From positions 2,880 to 66,879 of the forward strand of contig JAGONC010000001.1 of NCBI GenBank assembly GCA_017993235.1: DNA of 64,000 bases. Direction: 5' to 3'. The translations under genes were made by a program, and so were the position numbers. Positions 18,792 through 28,283 of this stretch are shown piece after piece. Position 1 is the stretch's first letter; every line of letters starts with the position of its first letter. The stretch comes from Lentimicrobiaceae bacterium. GTDB taxonomy: Bacteria; Bacteroidota; Bacteroidia; Bacteroidales; JAGONC01. Under the pieces are notes generated by a model, which searched no databases, was not told the DNA's origin, and saw only the letters and a program-made list of their open reading frames with translations.

Positions 18792-20707
18792 AACCACTAT
18801 CTCCGGGAAAAAAGGAACAGTTCGTTCTACTGACCATCCTGCTGGTGGCTTCTGTTTTGCGGCTCCTGCACCTGGCGGGATTTTCCTTTTCCAACGATGA
18901 ACTCAGCGCACTCTACAGGATCAGGTTTGATCGGTTCAGCGATCTGGTTTCACAGGGTTTTTATGTGGATGGCCATCCCGGGGGAATCCAGGTATTCCTT
19001 TATTACTGGGTGAAAGCGGTCGGCACTTCGGAGTTTGCTGTCCGCCTGCCCTTTGCGCTGGCAGGCATCCTCGCAGTTTATGTGGCCTACCGGCTGGGAA
19101 AACGATGGTTCAATGCCGCCACCGGATCATTTGCAGCACTCCTGGTAGCCATTTTACAGTTTCCGGTACTGTTCAGCCAGGTGGCACGACCGTATGCGAC
19201 AGGCCTGCTGTTTGTGCTGATGGCAGCCTGGTTCTGGACCCGGTTAATCTTTGATTATGATGAAATGAACCGGCGAATGAAAGGGATCACCATTGCCGGG
19301 TATATCCTTTCGACCACGCTTTGCATGTATAATCACTATTTCAGTTTCCTCATGGCAGGGATCATCGGGCTGTCGGGATTGTTCTTCCTGAGGCGTTCCA
19401 ACAGCGTGCCCTACCTGCTCAGCGGGGCTGCCAGCATCCTGTTGTTCCTTCCCCACCTGCCGATCACCCTGAACCATCTTCGTATCGGTGGCGTGGGGCT
19501 GTGGCTGGGAAAACCCTCGTGGGACTTCCTGTTCACGCACATATTCTACATTTTTAACGAGTCGTGGTATCTTCTGGTTGTGGTCTTTGGGATCGTGGCC
19601 TGGATGATCTGGAAGCACCGTAACGCATTACGGTTCAATACATTTCAGGTGCTGTGCCTGGTGTGGTTTCTCCTGCCCATGATCACCGGATTCGTCTATT
19701 CCAGGGCAGTGAATCCGGTGCTTCAACATTCAGTCCTTATCTTTTCATTCCCTTTTCTCCTTTATTTTCTGTTTTCTTTCAGCGGAAGCGGTTTCAACCG
19801 ATCCTCACTGCTGCTGTTATTCATCCTGTTTGCTGCTGGCGTGGTCAGTTTACGGGTTGAAAAAAATTATTACCATACCCAGCATTTCGGTGAATTCAGG
19901 GATATTGCACACCGCGTCGCGGCATGGGATGACCGGTATGACGCCGGCAACATCGCCCGTGCCATCAATGTCAACGATCCCTGGTATATTGATTTCTATC
20001 TGCAAAAGGAAGGATCACAGGCAACCTTCGCCCAGTATCAGAACCGGGGAGGGAAGGATCTGCTTGCCCTCAAGCATATCGTTGAACAGAGCACCACACC
20101 TCTTTTCGTCTATGCCTGGACAAAACCCACTCCGACGGAGACTGAGGAGATCGTCAGGGAGGCGTATCCCTATGTGATCGAAAGACATGAATATGGCGGT
20201 CTGTCGGCGGTGAGCTTATACTCACGCCAGGCGCCCACCCCTCCATTGCCGGACCCTGTACCTGTGCTGGTCGTCAGGAACGGATTCGAGCAGGCTGGCC
20301 GCTGGAAGGCGGATCCCGGGCACATGGACTCAGTGCACGTTTTCAGGGGTGCCTTCAGTTACCGCCTCGATGGGAAAACCGAATACAGTCCGGCGTTCGA
20401 TACCGTCCTGTACAAGATATCCGGGCATCCCATCCGGTCCATCAAAGTATCCCTATGGGGGCTGATACCTCCTGCCGGCGGTAAAACGCCCATCGTGATC
20501 GCTGTGGACGATACCAGGGGTCAGAATTATTGCTGGGCATCCATGAACATGGAAAATTTTCTGGATCCATCTGTCTGGGGTAAGGCTTTTTTCAATTATG
20601 AACTACCCCGTATCCGCTCATCCGGCGACCGGCTCAAGATCTACGTATGGAATCCGGATAAATATGAGTTCAATATCGACGAGATGGAGATCCGGTTTTA
20701 TGAATAG
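18788..20707 (+). CDS. ArnT/PMT-like glycosyltransferase family 39 membrane protein with one copy of the same C-terminal module
   Basis: N-terminus LRLLHLAGFSFSNDELSALYRI...VRLPFALAGILAVYVAYRLGKRWF is typical of GT39/ArnT. The C-terminus ends LKIYVWNPDKYEFNIDEMEIRFYE. ATG 18788 overlaps the upstream TGA (ATGA); the track start is 18761. Confidence 0.75.
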   Translation: MKPLSPGKKEQFVLLTILLVASVLRLLHLAGFSFSNDELSALYRIRFDRFSDLVSQGFYVDGHPGGIQVFLYYWVKAVGTSEFAVRLPFALAGILAVYVAYRLGKRWFNAATGSFAALLVAILQFPVLFSQVARPYATGLLFVLMAAWFWTRLIFDYDEMNRRMKGITIAGYILSTTLCMYNHYFSFLMAGIIGLSGLFFLRRSNSVPYLLSGAASILLFLPHLPITLNHLRIGGVGLWLGKPSWDFLFTHIFYIFNESWYLLVVVFGIVAWMIWKHRNALRFNTFQVLCLVWFLLPMITGFVYSRAVNPVLQHSVLIFSFPFLLYFLFSFSGSGFNRSSLLLLFILFAAGVVSLRVEKNYYHTQHFGEFRDIAHRVAAWDDRYDAGNIARAINVNDPWYIDFYLQKEGSQATFAQYQNRGGKDLLALKHIVEQSTTPLFVYAWTKPTPTETEEIVREAYPYVIERHEYGGLSAVSLYSRQAPTPPLPDPVPVLVVRNGFEQAGRWKADPGHMDSVHVFRGAFSYRLDGKTEYSPAFDTVLYKISGHPIRSIKVSLWGLIPPAGGKTPIVIAVDDTRGQNYCWASMNMENFLDPSVWGKAFFNYELPRIRSSGDRLKIYVWNPDKYEFNIDEMEIRFYE

Positions 20708-21359
20708 GTTGCAACGAATCCTTACCGGGTTCGCAGCGATCCTGGTGCTATTCACGGCAGGCTGTCACCGTTCCGAAACGTCCTACTGGGAGAATGGGGT
20801 CAAAAAGTCGGAGCTTTCCTACCGGGGGAAACGGATGGAAGGTGTTGCCACGTGGTGGTATGCCAACGGGAATAAACAAATGGAAGCGGAGTATCACAAC
20901 AATCAGCTTGAGGGAAGATCCACACGGTGGTTTTACAACGGAGAAGTAGAATCCATCACGCATTATTCCGGGGGGCTCAGGAATGGCCCATCAATAACGT
21001 ACACCGAGACAGGAAGTAAGGTGGCCGAAGAGCATTACCTGAACGACACCCTGCACGGTCCCTACACCACCTGGTTTCCCGGTGGAGGGATGTGTATCAG
21101 CGGTCATTTTGACCATGGATGGTACGACAGTACCTGGATTTACTACGACGAAACGGGCATTCGCGTTGGCGAAGGCAGGTTCCGGAAGGGAACCGGGGTG
21201 CAGGTGGGCTTTTATCCCTCGGGCAGGGTGATCAGGGAGATACCCTATGTGGACAACCGAAAGCATGGAGAGGAGAAATGGTTTGATGAGCAGGGAAACC
21301 TGACCACGGTGCTGGTCTATGAAAATGACCGGTTGATCAGGCAAAGCATGGGTGAATAA
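20700..21359 (+). CDS. MORN-repeat (YwqK-like) lipoprotein
   Basis: Lipoprotein signal MNRLQRILTGFAAILVLFTAGC. Repeated W[YF]xNG...E..Y..G...G units. ATG 20700 overlaps the end of the upstream gene. Confidence 0.7.
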   Translation: MNRLQRILTGFAAILVLFTAGCHRSETSYWENGVKKSELSYRGKRMEGVATWWYANGNKQMEAEYHNNQLEGRSTRWFYNGEVESITHYSGGLRNGPSITYTETGSKVAEEHYLNDTLHGPYTTWFPGGGMCISGHFDHGWYDSTWIYYDETGIRVGEGRFRKGTGVQVGFYPSGRVIREIPYVDNRKHGEEKWFDEQGNLTTVLVYENDRLIRQSMGE

Positions 21360-21399
21360 AATATCTTCGTGAAAATTCGTTTATATCAAACATTAACCG

Positions 21400-21407
21400 T
21401 AAATTTG
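21400..21407 (+). promoter_or_regulatory. -7 box TAAATTTG upstream of gdhA
   Basis: Matches TAnnTTTG, 70 nt upstream of ATG 21477 and 15 nt upstream of the 21422 hairpin. Confidence 0.4.
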
Positions 21408-21421
21408 CACCGTCAAATCCG

Positions 21422-21453
21422 AACATTGTTATTTCATTAACAATGTTTTTTTT
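21422..21453 (+). terminator. terminator-like hairpin + T8 between the MORN gene and gdhA
   Basis: AACATTGTTA (21422-21431) / TAACAATGTT (21438-21447), a perfect 10-bp stem (AT-rich) running into TTTTTTTT. Lies downstream of a TAAATTTG box, so it could alternatively be a gdhA leader element. Confidence 0.55.
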
Positions 21454-21476
21454 CAATCACTAATAAATTCAAAGAC

Positions 21477-22814
21477 ATGGACATAGAAAGAATTATGCTG
21501 GACCTGGAAAAGAAGCATCCCGGTGAACATGAGTATCATCAGGCGGTCAGGGAGGTGCTGGAATCAATCAAAGAAATATACGACAACAATCCGCAGTTCG
21601 AAACTGCAGGGATACTGGAACGGATCATCGAGCCCGACAGGATCCTTACGTTTAAGGTGCCATGGCTGGATGACCATGGAAAGGTGCATGTCAATCTTGG
21701 ATACAGGGTGCAGTTCAACAATGCCATCGGTCCCTACAAGGGAGGATTGCGTTTTCACCCGAGTGTTAATCTCAGCATTTTGAAGTTTCTCGGATTTGAG
21801 CAGATTTTCAAGAACAGTTTGACGACGCTGCCCATGGGAGGTGCCAAAGGGGGATCGGATTTCAATCCGAAGGGCAAGTCCAACAACGAGGTTATGCGTT
21901 TTTGCCAGTCGTTCATGCTGGAGCTGTGGCGCATTATCGGCCCGGAGATTGATGTTCCGGCGGGTGATATCGGCGTTGGCGGCCGTGAGATCGGGTTCCT
22001 TTACGGGATGTACAAGAAGCTGATGCTGGAGCATACGGGCGTACTGACCGGAAAGGGATTGAACTGGGGCGGCAGCCTGGTCCGTCCGGAGGCCACCGGA
22101 TTCGGAGCTGTATATTTTGTGAATGAGATGCTGAAGCTGAAAGGTGAAGCGATCAAAGGCAAGACCTTTGCGGTTTCCGGATTCGGCAATGTGGCGTGGG
22201 GTGCCGTTACAAAGATCAATGAGCTGGGAGGCAAAGTGCTGACCATTTCCGGGCCGGATGGGTATATCTATGATCCGGAAGGTGTTTCAGGTCCCAGGGT
22301 TGACTATATGAAGACCCTGCGGGCATCAAATGAAGATATCGTTCGTCCTTTCTCCATTGAGTTCCCCGGTTCCCAGTTCCATCAGGGAAAACGTCCGTGG
22401 GAGGTGAAATGCGATATCGCCATGCCCTGTGCCACTCAGAATGAGCTGGAACTGGCGGATGCCAAACACCTGGTGGCTAATGGTTGCCAATATGTTGCCG
22501 AAGGTGCCAATATGCCCTGCACGCCGGAAGCCATTGAGACCTTCCAGGCAGCCAGAATCCCGTTTGCCCCGGGCAAGGCTGTAAACGCCGGAGGTGTTTC
22601 CACATCCGGACTGGAAATGTCGCAGAATGCCCTGAAAATGGGCTGGCCAAGGGAAGAGGTGGATGCACGCCTGCATTCGATCATGCAGAGCATTCACGCT
22701 ACCTGCGTTACCTATGGAAAGGATGAGACCGGTTATGTAAATTATGTCAAAGGTGCCAATGTGGCTGGATTCATGAAAGTTGCCAATGCCATGCTGGACC
22801 AGGGAGTTGTATAA
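21477..22814 (+). CDS. gdhA: NADP-specific glutamate dehydrogenase
   Basis: 445 aa. GPYKGGLRFHPSV, LPMGGAKGGSDFNPKG and SGFGNVAWGA motifs. Confidence 0.93.
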   Translation: MDIERIMLDLEKKHPGEHEYHQAVREVLESIKEIYDNNPQFETAGILERIIEPDRILTFKVPWLDDHGKVHVNLGYRVQFNNAIGPYKGGLRFHPSVNLSILKFLGFEQIFKNSLTTLPMGGAKGGSDFNPKGKSNNEVMRFCQSFMLELWRIIGPEIDVPAGDIGVGGREIGFLYGMYKKLMLEHTGVLTGKGLNWGGSLVRPEATGFGAVYFVNEMLKLKGEAIKGKTFAVSGFGNVAWGAVTKINELGGKVLTISGPDGYIYDPEGVSGPRVDYMKTLRASNEDIVRPFSIEFPGSQFHQGKRPWEVKCDIAMPCATQNELELADAKHLVANGCQYVAEGANMPCTPEAIETFQAARIPFAPGKAVNAGGVSTSGLEMSQNALKMGWPREEVDARLHSIMQSIHATCVTYGKDETGYVNYVKGANVAGFMKVANAMLDQGVV

Positions 22815-22834
22815 TATCCGGATGATTGTGCAAA

Positions 22835-22871
22835 AGAGGCTCCTTCTCATGATAGAGGGAGCCTCTTTTTT
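22835..22871 (+). terminator. intrinsic terminator of gdhA
   Basis: AGAGGCTCC (22835-22843) / GGAGCCTCT (22858-22866), a 9-bp GC-rich stem followed by a T-run. Lies 21 nt after the gdhA stop. Confidence 0.8.
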
Positions 22872-22874
22872 ATA

Positions 22875-22882
22875 TATTTTTG
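22875..22882 (+). promoter_or_regulatory. -7 box TATTTTTG upstream of the rubrerythrin-like gene
   Basis: Matches TAnnTTTG, 41 nt upstream of ATG 22923 and immediately after the gdhA terminator. Confidence 0.5.
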
Positions 22883-22922
22883 CGCATCCATACTATAAAA
22901 GGATTACATTGAACATCCTCCT

Positions 22923-23378
22923 ATGAAATCATTTACGACTGCAGACGATATACTGGATTTCGCTATCGCGAATGAGCAGGAAGCCGTGGATTTCTACGCC
23001 AGCCTTGCCATGGAAGCGAGGAATGAAGAGATGAGCCAGGTATTTACACAGTTTGCCCATGAAGAAATGGGCCATAAATCAAAGCTTCTGCATATTAAAA
23101 CCACCGGACAGTACACCGTTAAAAATGAAAAGGTAATGGACCTGAAGCTGGCCGATTACCTGGTGGATATACAGCCGCATTCCGGGATGACCTACGCTGA
23201 AGTGCTGATACTGGCCATGAAGAGAGAAAAAAATGCCTTCAGGCTGTACCTGGATCTATCCGCAAAAGCACCCACGCCCGGGCTGAAGGATCTGTTCCTG
23301 TCGCTCGCCCAGGAGGAATCCAGGCACAAACTCCGGTTTGAGCTGGAATACGATGAATTTGTTCTAAAGGAGTTCTGA
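22923..23378 (+). CDS. ferritin-like / rubrerythrin-family diiron protein
   Basis: 151 aa with two ExxH motifs (AHEEMGH, AQEESRH) in a four-helix-bundle-like layout. Confidence 0.7.
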   Translation: MKSFTTADDILDFAIANEQEAVDFYASLAMEARNEEMSQVFTQFAHEEMGHKSKLLHIKTTGQYTVKNEKVMDLKLADYLVDIQPHSGMTYAEVLILAMKREKNAFRLYLDLSAKAPTPGLKDLFLSLAQEESRHKLRFELEYDEFVLKEF

Positions 23379-23432
23379 GCCCCACCGGCCGGCATGCATA
23401 AACGTCAGTAATCCATTCAATCCCTATCCCCG

Positions 23433-25478
23433 ATGCATTTCGTACATCCCTATTTTCTTTTTGGATTGCTGGCCATTGCCATCCCCATCATCATCCACCT
23501 GTTCAATTTTCACCGCTACCGCAAGGTGTATTTCACCAATGTGCGGTTCATCCGCAACCTGAAGCAGGAAACGCGGAAACGGTCGCAGCTCAGGCACCTG
23601 ATCCTTCTTTTGCTCAGGATCCTGACCATCCTTGCCCTGGTGATGGTGTTTGCCCAGCCCTATCTCCCTGCAAAGGAGCAGGCAGCCGATATGAACAGGA
23701 AAAACCTTGTCACAGTCTACATCGACAACACCTTCAGCATGGAATCGGTGTCGGGTAGCATCACCCTGCTGGACCTGGCGCGGAATAAAGCACGGGAACT
23801 GGCTGCTGCCTACCGGTCTTCGGATGAATTCCTGCTGATCACCAATGACTTCGAGGGAAGGTATAACCGGCTGCTCTCACGGGAGGATTACATTGAAGGG
23901 ATCGATGAGATCACTTACTCGCCGGTGCACCGTGACCTGTCCGAAATCTTCAGGTATGCCTCCGATGAACGATTCCTCTCCGCGGATAAGAATCACCTGA
24001 TCTATCTCCTGACCGACCTTCAGAAGAACATGTTTGACTGGCCCAAGATCGCACCTGATTCGCTGGTGACGGTTTACCTGGTGCCTCTCCAAACCGAAAA
24101 ACCCGCCAATGTTTATATTGATACCTGCTGGTTTGAGAATCCTGTCCAGGATGTACTCAGCCAGACGGTCCTTGTGGCCCGTGTCTTTAACCTTTCTGAG
24201 ACAGATCTTGAGAAGGTGCCTGTCAGGCTTTCGGTCAACGGCTCACAAAAAGGGCTTGCCAACGTGGATATTCCAGCCAATCGGTTTGTCGAACTCGAAA
24301 TGCCCTTCATCAACTATGAACCGGGTATCCATTCCGGTGTACTTTCCCTGGAAGATTTCCCGGTCACGTACGACAATCAGTTCTACATCTCCTACCAGGT
24401 CAATGAGTTCATCCCGGTGCTCAGTGTGTACCAGGGCAGGGAGAATACGTACCTGAGGGCTGTTTTTGGGCGGGATTCGACCTTTACCTTTGATCAGTCT
24501 GACGCCGGCAGTCTGGATTACACTTCTTTCAGCAATTACCGGCTGATCATCCTCGATGGCCTTGAGGAGGTATCATCGGGCCTGGCACAGGAGCTGAAAC
24601 GCTTCACAGAAAATGGAGGAAGCCTGGTCATCTTCCCGGGCGAGCAAACAAACACAAACAGCTATGAGTCATTCCTGATCACCATGGGCTCTGCATCTTA
24701 CCTTCCGTTGGACACCGCCGGCACCCGAACGATCGCTATCAATGCAGACCATCCTCTCTATCAGAATGTCTTTGAAACGATCCCCGAAAACATTGACCTG
24801 CCCGCAGTGCATAAACATTACCCGATCACCCGTCTGACGCGCAGCGACCAGGAGTGGCTGATGAAACTTCAAAACGGCGACGTGTTCCTCAGTGTGCAAT
24901 CGGTGGGCAACGGAATGGTCTATCTGGCTTCGGTGGGCCTGACCGACGCATTTTCGAATTTTCAGAAACATGCCGTATTTGTTCCAACCCTGTTCAATAT
25001 GGCCACGTTGAGCCATCAGCAACAGAAACTGTTTTATACGATCGGGAAAGACGAGGTGATCGAGCTGCGCAGCACGATCCTGCAGGGGGATCATACCTTT
25101 CAGATCAGCAGCCCTGCTACGGACTTCGCGTTCATCCCTGAGCACCAGGTTGCGGATTCCCGAACCTATCTGTATACCCATGACCAGGTCAGACAATCGG
25201 GTAACTACATCCTTGAAACTGATCATACCCTGATCGCAGGCCTGGCATTCAATTATGACAGAAGGGAATCACTGATGGAGTGTTATATGCCGGATGAAGT
25301 GATACCGCAGTTCAATAAAGCAGGGATCCCTCACGTTATGAGCATTAGCGATACGCAACAGCCCTTTTCGCAGATCCTGGAGGAGCTCAGCCGGGGAACC
25401 CGGTTATGGAAGTGGTTTGTTGCCCTGGCATTAATGGCCCTTGCAGCAGAGGTGGCCATCATACGGTTCTGGAAGTAA
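23433..25478 (+). CDS. BatA-type N-terminal double-transmembrane domain protein
   Basis: N-terminus MHFVHPYFLFGLLAIAIPIIIHLFNFHRYRK, then a second TM (LILLLLRILTILALVMVF) and a C-terminal TM anchor. Confidence 0.7.
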   Translation: MHFVHPYFLFGLLAIAIPIIIHLFNFHRYRKVYFTNVRFIRNLKQETRKRSQLRHLILLLLRILTILALVMVFAQPYLPAKEQAADMNRKNLVTVYIDNTFSMESVSGSITLLDLARNKARELAAAYRSSDEFLLITNDFEGRYNRLLSREDYIEGIDEITYSPVHRDLSEIFRYASDERFLSADKNHLIYLLTDLQKNMFDWPKIAPDSLVTVYLVPLQTEKPANVYIDTCWFENPVQDVLSQTVLVARVFNLSETDLEKVPVRLSVNGSQKGLANVDIPANRFVELEMPFINYEPGIHSGVLSLEDFPVTYDNQFYISYQVNEFIPVLSVYQGRENTYLRAVFGRDSTFTFDQSDAGSLDYTSFSNYRLIILDGLEEVSSGLAQELKRFTENGGSLVIFPGEQTNTNSYESFLITMGSASYLPLDTAGTRTIAINADHPLYQNVFETIPENIDLPAVHKHYPITRLTRSDQEWLMKLQNGDVFLSVQSVGNGMVYLASVGLTDAFSNFQKHAVFVPTLFNMATLSHQQQKLFYTIGKDEVIELRSTILQGDHTFQISSPATDFAFIPEHQVADSRTYLYTHDQVRQSGNYILETDHTLIAGLAFNYDRRESLMECYMPDEVIPQFNKAGIPHVMSISDTQQPFSQILEELSRGTRLWKWFVALALMALAAEVAIIRFWK

Positions 25479-25516
25479 AACGTTAATGAAATTTTTCTAA
25501 CTTTGTCGACATAGGG

Positions 25517-28267
25517 ATGGAAGGACAGGATGATCAATGGCAGGAAGGTGCAGCTAACCCGCCACAGGAAATAACCGGTGGTGAAGGGGAGGTACACAAG
25601 GTCAGGCATCTGTCGGGACTCTATGAAAGCTGGTTCCTCGACTATGCTTCGTATGTGATCCTTGAGCGGGCTGTGCCGGAAGTCTTTGATGGATTCAAGC
25701 CGGTACAGCGAAGAATCCTGCATGCAATGAAAGAGCTGGATGACGGCAGGTACAACAAGGTGGCCAACATCATCGGGCATACAATGAAGTACCATCCCCA
25801 CGGAGATGTTTCCATTGGCGATGCGCTGGTGCAGCTGGGGCAGAAGGATCTGCTGATCGACACACAGGGTAACTGGGGAAACATACTGACGGGCGACAGT
25901 GCGGCAGCACCGCGGTACATCGAAGCCCGTCTTTCCAAATTTGCCCTGGAGGTCGTCTTCAGCCCCAAAATTACGGAATGGCGTGCATCATACGATGGTC
26001 GCAACAAGGAGCCCGTCACTCTGCCCGTTAAGTTTCCACTCTTGCTGGCCCAGGGGGTGGAAGGCATCGCTGTCGGACTTGCTTCCAGGATCCTGCCTCA
26101 TAATTTCAATGAATTGCTGGATGCCTCTGTCAGCATCCTGGAAGGAAGAGATTTTATCCTGCACCCTGATTTTCCAACAGGCGGACTTGCCGATTTCAGC
26201 AAATACAATGATGGATTGCGTGGCGGCAGGATCAGGATCCGCGCCCGCATCGTCCAACAGGACAAACGAACCCTGGTGATCACCGAACTGCCCTTCGGAG
26301 TAACCACTTCCTCGCTCATTGAAACGATCATCACCGCCAATGACAAGGGTAAGATAAAGATCCGCAAGATTGACGATAATACCGCCAGCCAGGTTGAGAT
26401 CGTCGTCCACCTCGCTCCGGGCGTCTCACCGGATACGACCATGGATGCACTCTATGCATTCACCGATTGCGAAATACCGGTATCCCCGAACGCCTGCGTC
26501 ATCTTCGAGGGGAAACCCAGGTTCCTGGATGTAAAAGAGATCCTCAGGATATCCACCTTCCACACCCGGGATATCCTTCAACAGGAACTCCGTGTGAGAA
26601 AACTGGAACTCCAGGAAGAATTGCTTTTTGCATCCCTGGAAAAGATCTTCATCGAAAAAAGGATCTACCGCAAAATCGAAGAATGCCAGACCTGGGAATC
26701 TGTGATCGAAACCATCGACATAAGCCTGAATCCTTATAAGAAGAGATTTTTCAGACCCATCACCACCGACGATATCACCCGGCTTACGGAGATCAGGATC
26801 AAACGTATATCCAAATTCAATGCCTTCAAGGCGGATGAGGTGATCCATGAACTGACGGCGGAACTGGAGGAAGTGGAAAATCATCTGGAACATGTAACCG
26901 ACTACACGATCAATTACTTCCGCCAGATACAGAAGAAATATGGCGCTGCCTGGCCCCGAAAGACAGAAGTGCGGAATTTTGATACCATCGAGGCAGCCAC
27001 AGTGGCCGCTGCATCCCAGAAATTATACGTAAATCGTGAGCAGGGATTCGCCGGTACCGGACTGAAAAAAGATGAATATGTCTGCGATTGCTCGGATATT
27101 GACGATATGATCGTTTTCAGGGCCGACGGTACGTTTATCGTGACCAAGGTCCTTGAAAAATCCTATGTGGGAGAAAACGTGATCCATATTGACATCTTCA
27201 AGAAAAATGACGATCGCACGATCTATAACCTGGTGTACCAGGATGGCAAACAGGGTGGGGTGTATATCAAGCGTTTCCCGGTGGTGGGCATCGTCAGGGA
27301 TAAGGAATACCTGATCACCAGGGGCAAGCAGGGTTCAAAGATCCTCTATTTCTCCGCAAATCCCAATGGCGAGGCAGAGATCATCAAGGTGTACTTCAAA
27401 CCCAAACCCAAAATGAAGATCCTTTCGTTGGACTTTGATTTCGGAGAGGTAACCATCAAGGGCAGGAATGCGCAGGGCAGGCTCCTTACGCACAAGGCGG
27501 TCAGGAAAGTGGTCAAGGGAGAAGAAGGAGTGTCGACCCTGGGCGCAATCGACGTATGGTACGATGATACGGTCAGACGGCTGAACTATGACGGGAGAGG
27601 AGATTATCTGGGAGCCTTCGCCGGTGAGGATAAGATCATTACCGTTCAGCAGTCAGGCGTCTACCGGATCAATGGTTTCGATCTTTCCACCCATTTTGAT
27701 GAAGATATGATCCTGATCCGGAAATACGATCCGGAGGAGGTCATCAGCGTTGTTTATATCGAGGCGGAAAGCCAGGCACCCTATGTAAAGCGGTTCCAGG
27801 CGGAATTATCAGTCAAAAAGATTAATTTTATCGGCGACGATCCCAAAGCCAGGCTGATCCTGGTCAGTTTTGATCCGGCCCCGCAATTGGAAATCCGGTT
27901 TGAGCCCAATCCCAGGAGAAAAACTGACCGGGAGATCATCCAGGTTACAGAGTTCATCACGGTAAAAAGCTATAAAGCCAGGGGTAAGCGGATCACCACC
28001 TATCCCTGCGATAGCCTTCGGTTCCTGGAAACCGTTCCCGCGGAACCTTCTGCAGAAACCCCGGTAGCAGATGAGCATCCGGAGGGACTGGCAGAGGAGG
28101 ATTTTTTATCGAAAGAGCCTGTAAATGAGTCGTTTACTGACGAAGAAACCGGGGATCAGGTCACGCCTGAGGAAATACAACAATCTGATTTAGAGAAAGA
28201 TACATTAGATCAGGAGAATGTCCGGCGGAAAGAGGACGAATCCCGCCAGATGGAATTTGAATTTTAG
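25517..28267 (+). CDS. parC: DNA topoisomerase IV subunit A
   Basis: YASYVILERAVPEVFDGFKPVQRRILHAM and KYHPHGD motifs, with active-site region AAPRYIEARL. No GyrA box seen in the C-terminal domain. Acidic C-terminal tail. Confidence 0.82.
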   Translation: MEGQDDQWQEGAANPPQEITGGEGEVHKVRHLSGLYESWFLDYASYVILERAVPEVFDGFKPVQRRILHAMKELDDGRYNKVANIIGHTMKYHPHGDVSIGDALVQLGQKDLLIDTQGNWGNILTGDSAAAPRYIEARLSKFALEVVFSPKITEWRASYDGRNKEPVTLPVKFPLLLAQGVEGIAVGLASRILPHNFNELLDASVSILEGRDFILHPDFPTGGLADFSKYNDGLRGGRIRIRARIVQQDKRTLVITELPFGVTTSSLIETIITANDKGKIKIRKIDDNTASQVEIVVHLAPGVSPDTTMDALYAFTDCEIPVSPNACVIFEGKPRFLDVKEILRISTFHTRDILQQELRVRKLELQEELLFASLEKIFIEKRIYRKIEECQTWESVIETIDISLNPYKKRFFRPITTDDITRLTEIRIKRISKFNAFKADEVIHELTAELEEVENHLEHVTDYTINYFRQIQKKYGAAWPRKTEVRNFDTIEAATVAAASQKLYVNREQGFAGTGLKKDEYVCDCSDIDDMIVFRADGTFIVTKVLEKSYVGENVIHIDIFKKNDDRTIYNLVYQDGKQGGVYIKRFPVVGIVRDKEYLITRGKQGSKILYFSANPNGEAEIIKVYFKPKPKMKILSLDFDFGEVTIKGRNAQGRLLTHKAVRKVVKGEEGVSTLGAIDVWYDDTVRRLNYDGRGDYLGAFAGEDKIITVQQSGVYRINGFDLSTHFDEDMILIRKYDPEEVISVVYIEAESQAPYVKRFQAELSVKKINFIGDDPKARLILVSFDPAPQLEIRFEPNPRRKTDREIIQVTEFITVKSYKARGKRITTYPCDSLRFLETVPAEPSAETPVADEHPEGLAEEDFLSKEPVNESFTDEETGDQVTPEEIQQSDLEKDTLDQENVRRKEDESRQMEFEF

Positions 28268-28283
28268 TGAAATAATCATATTT

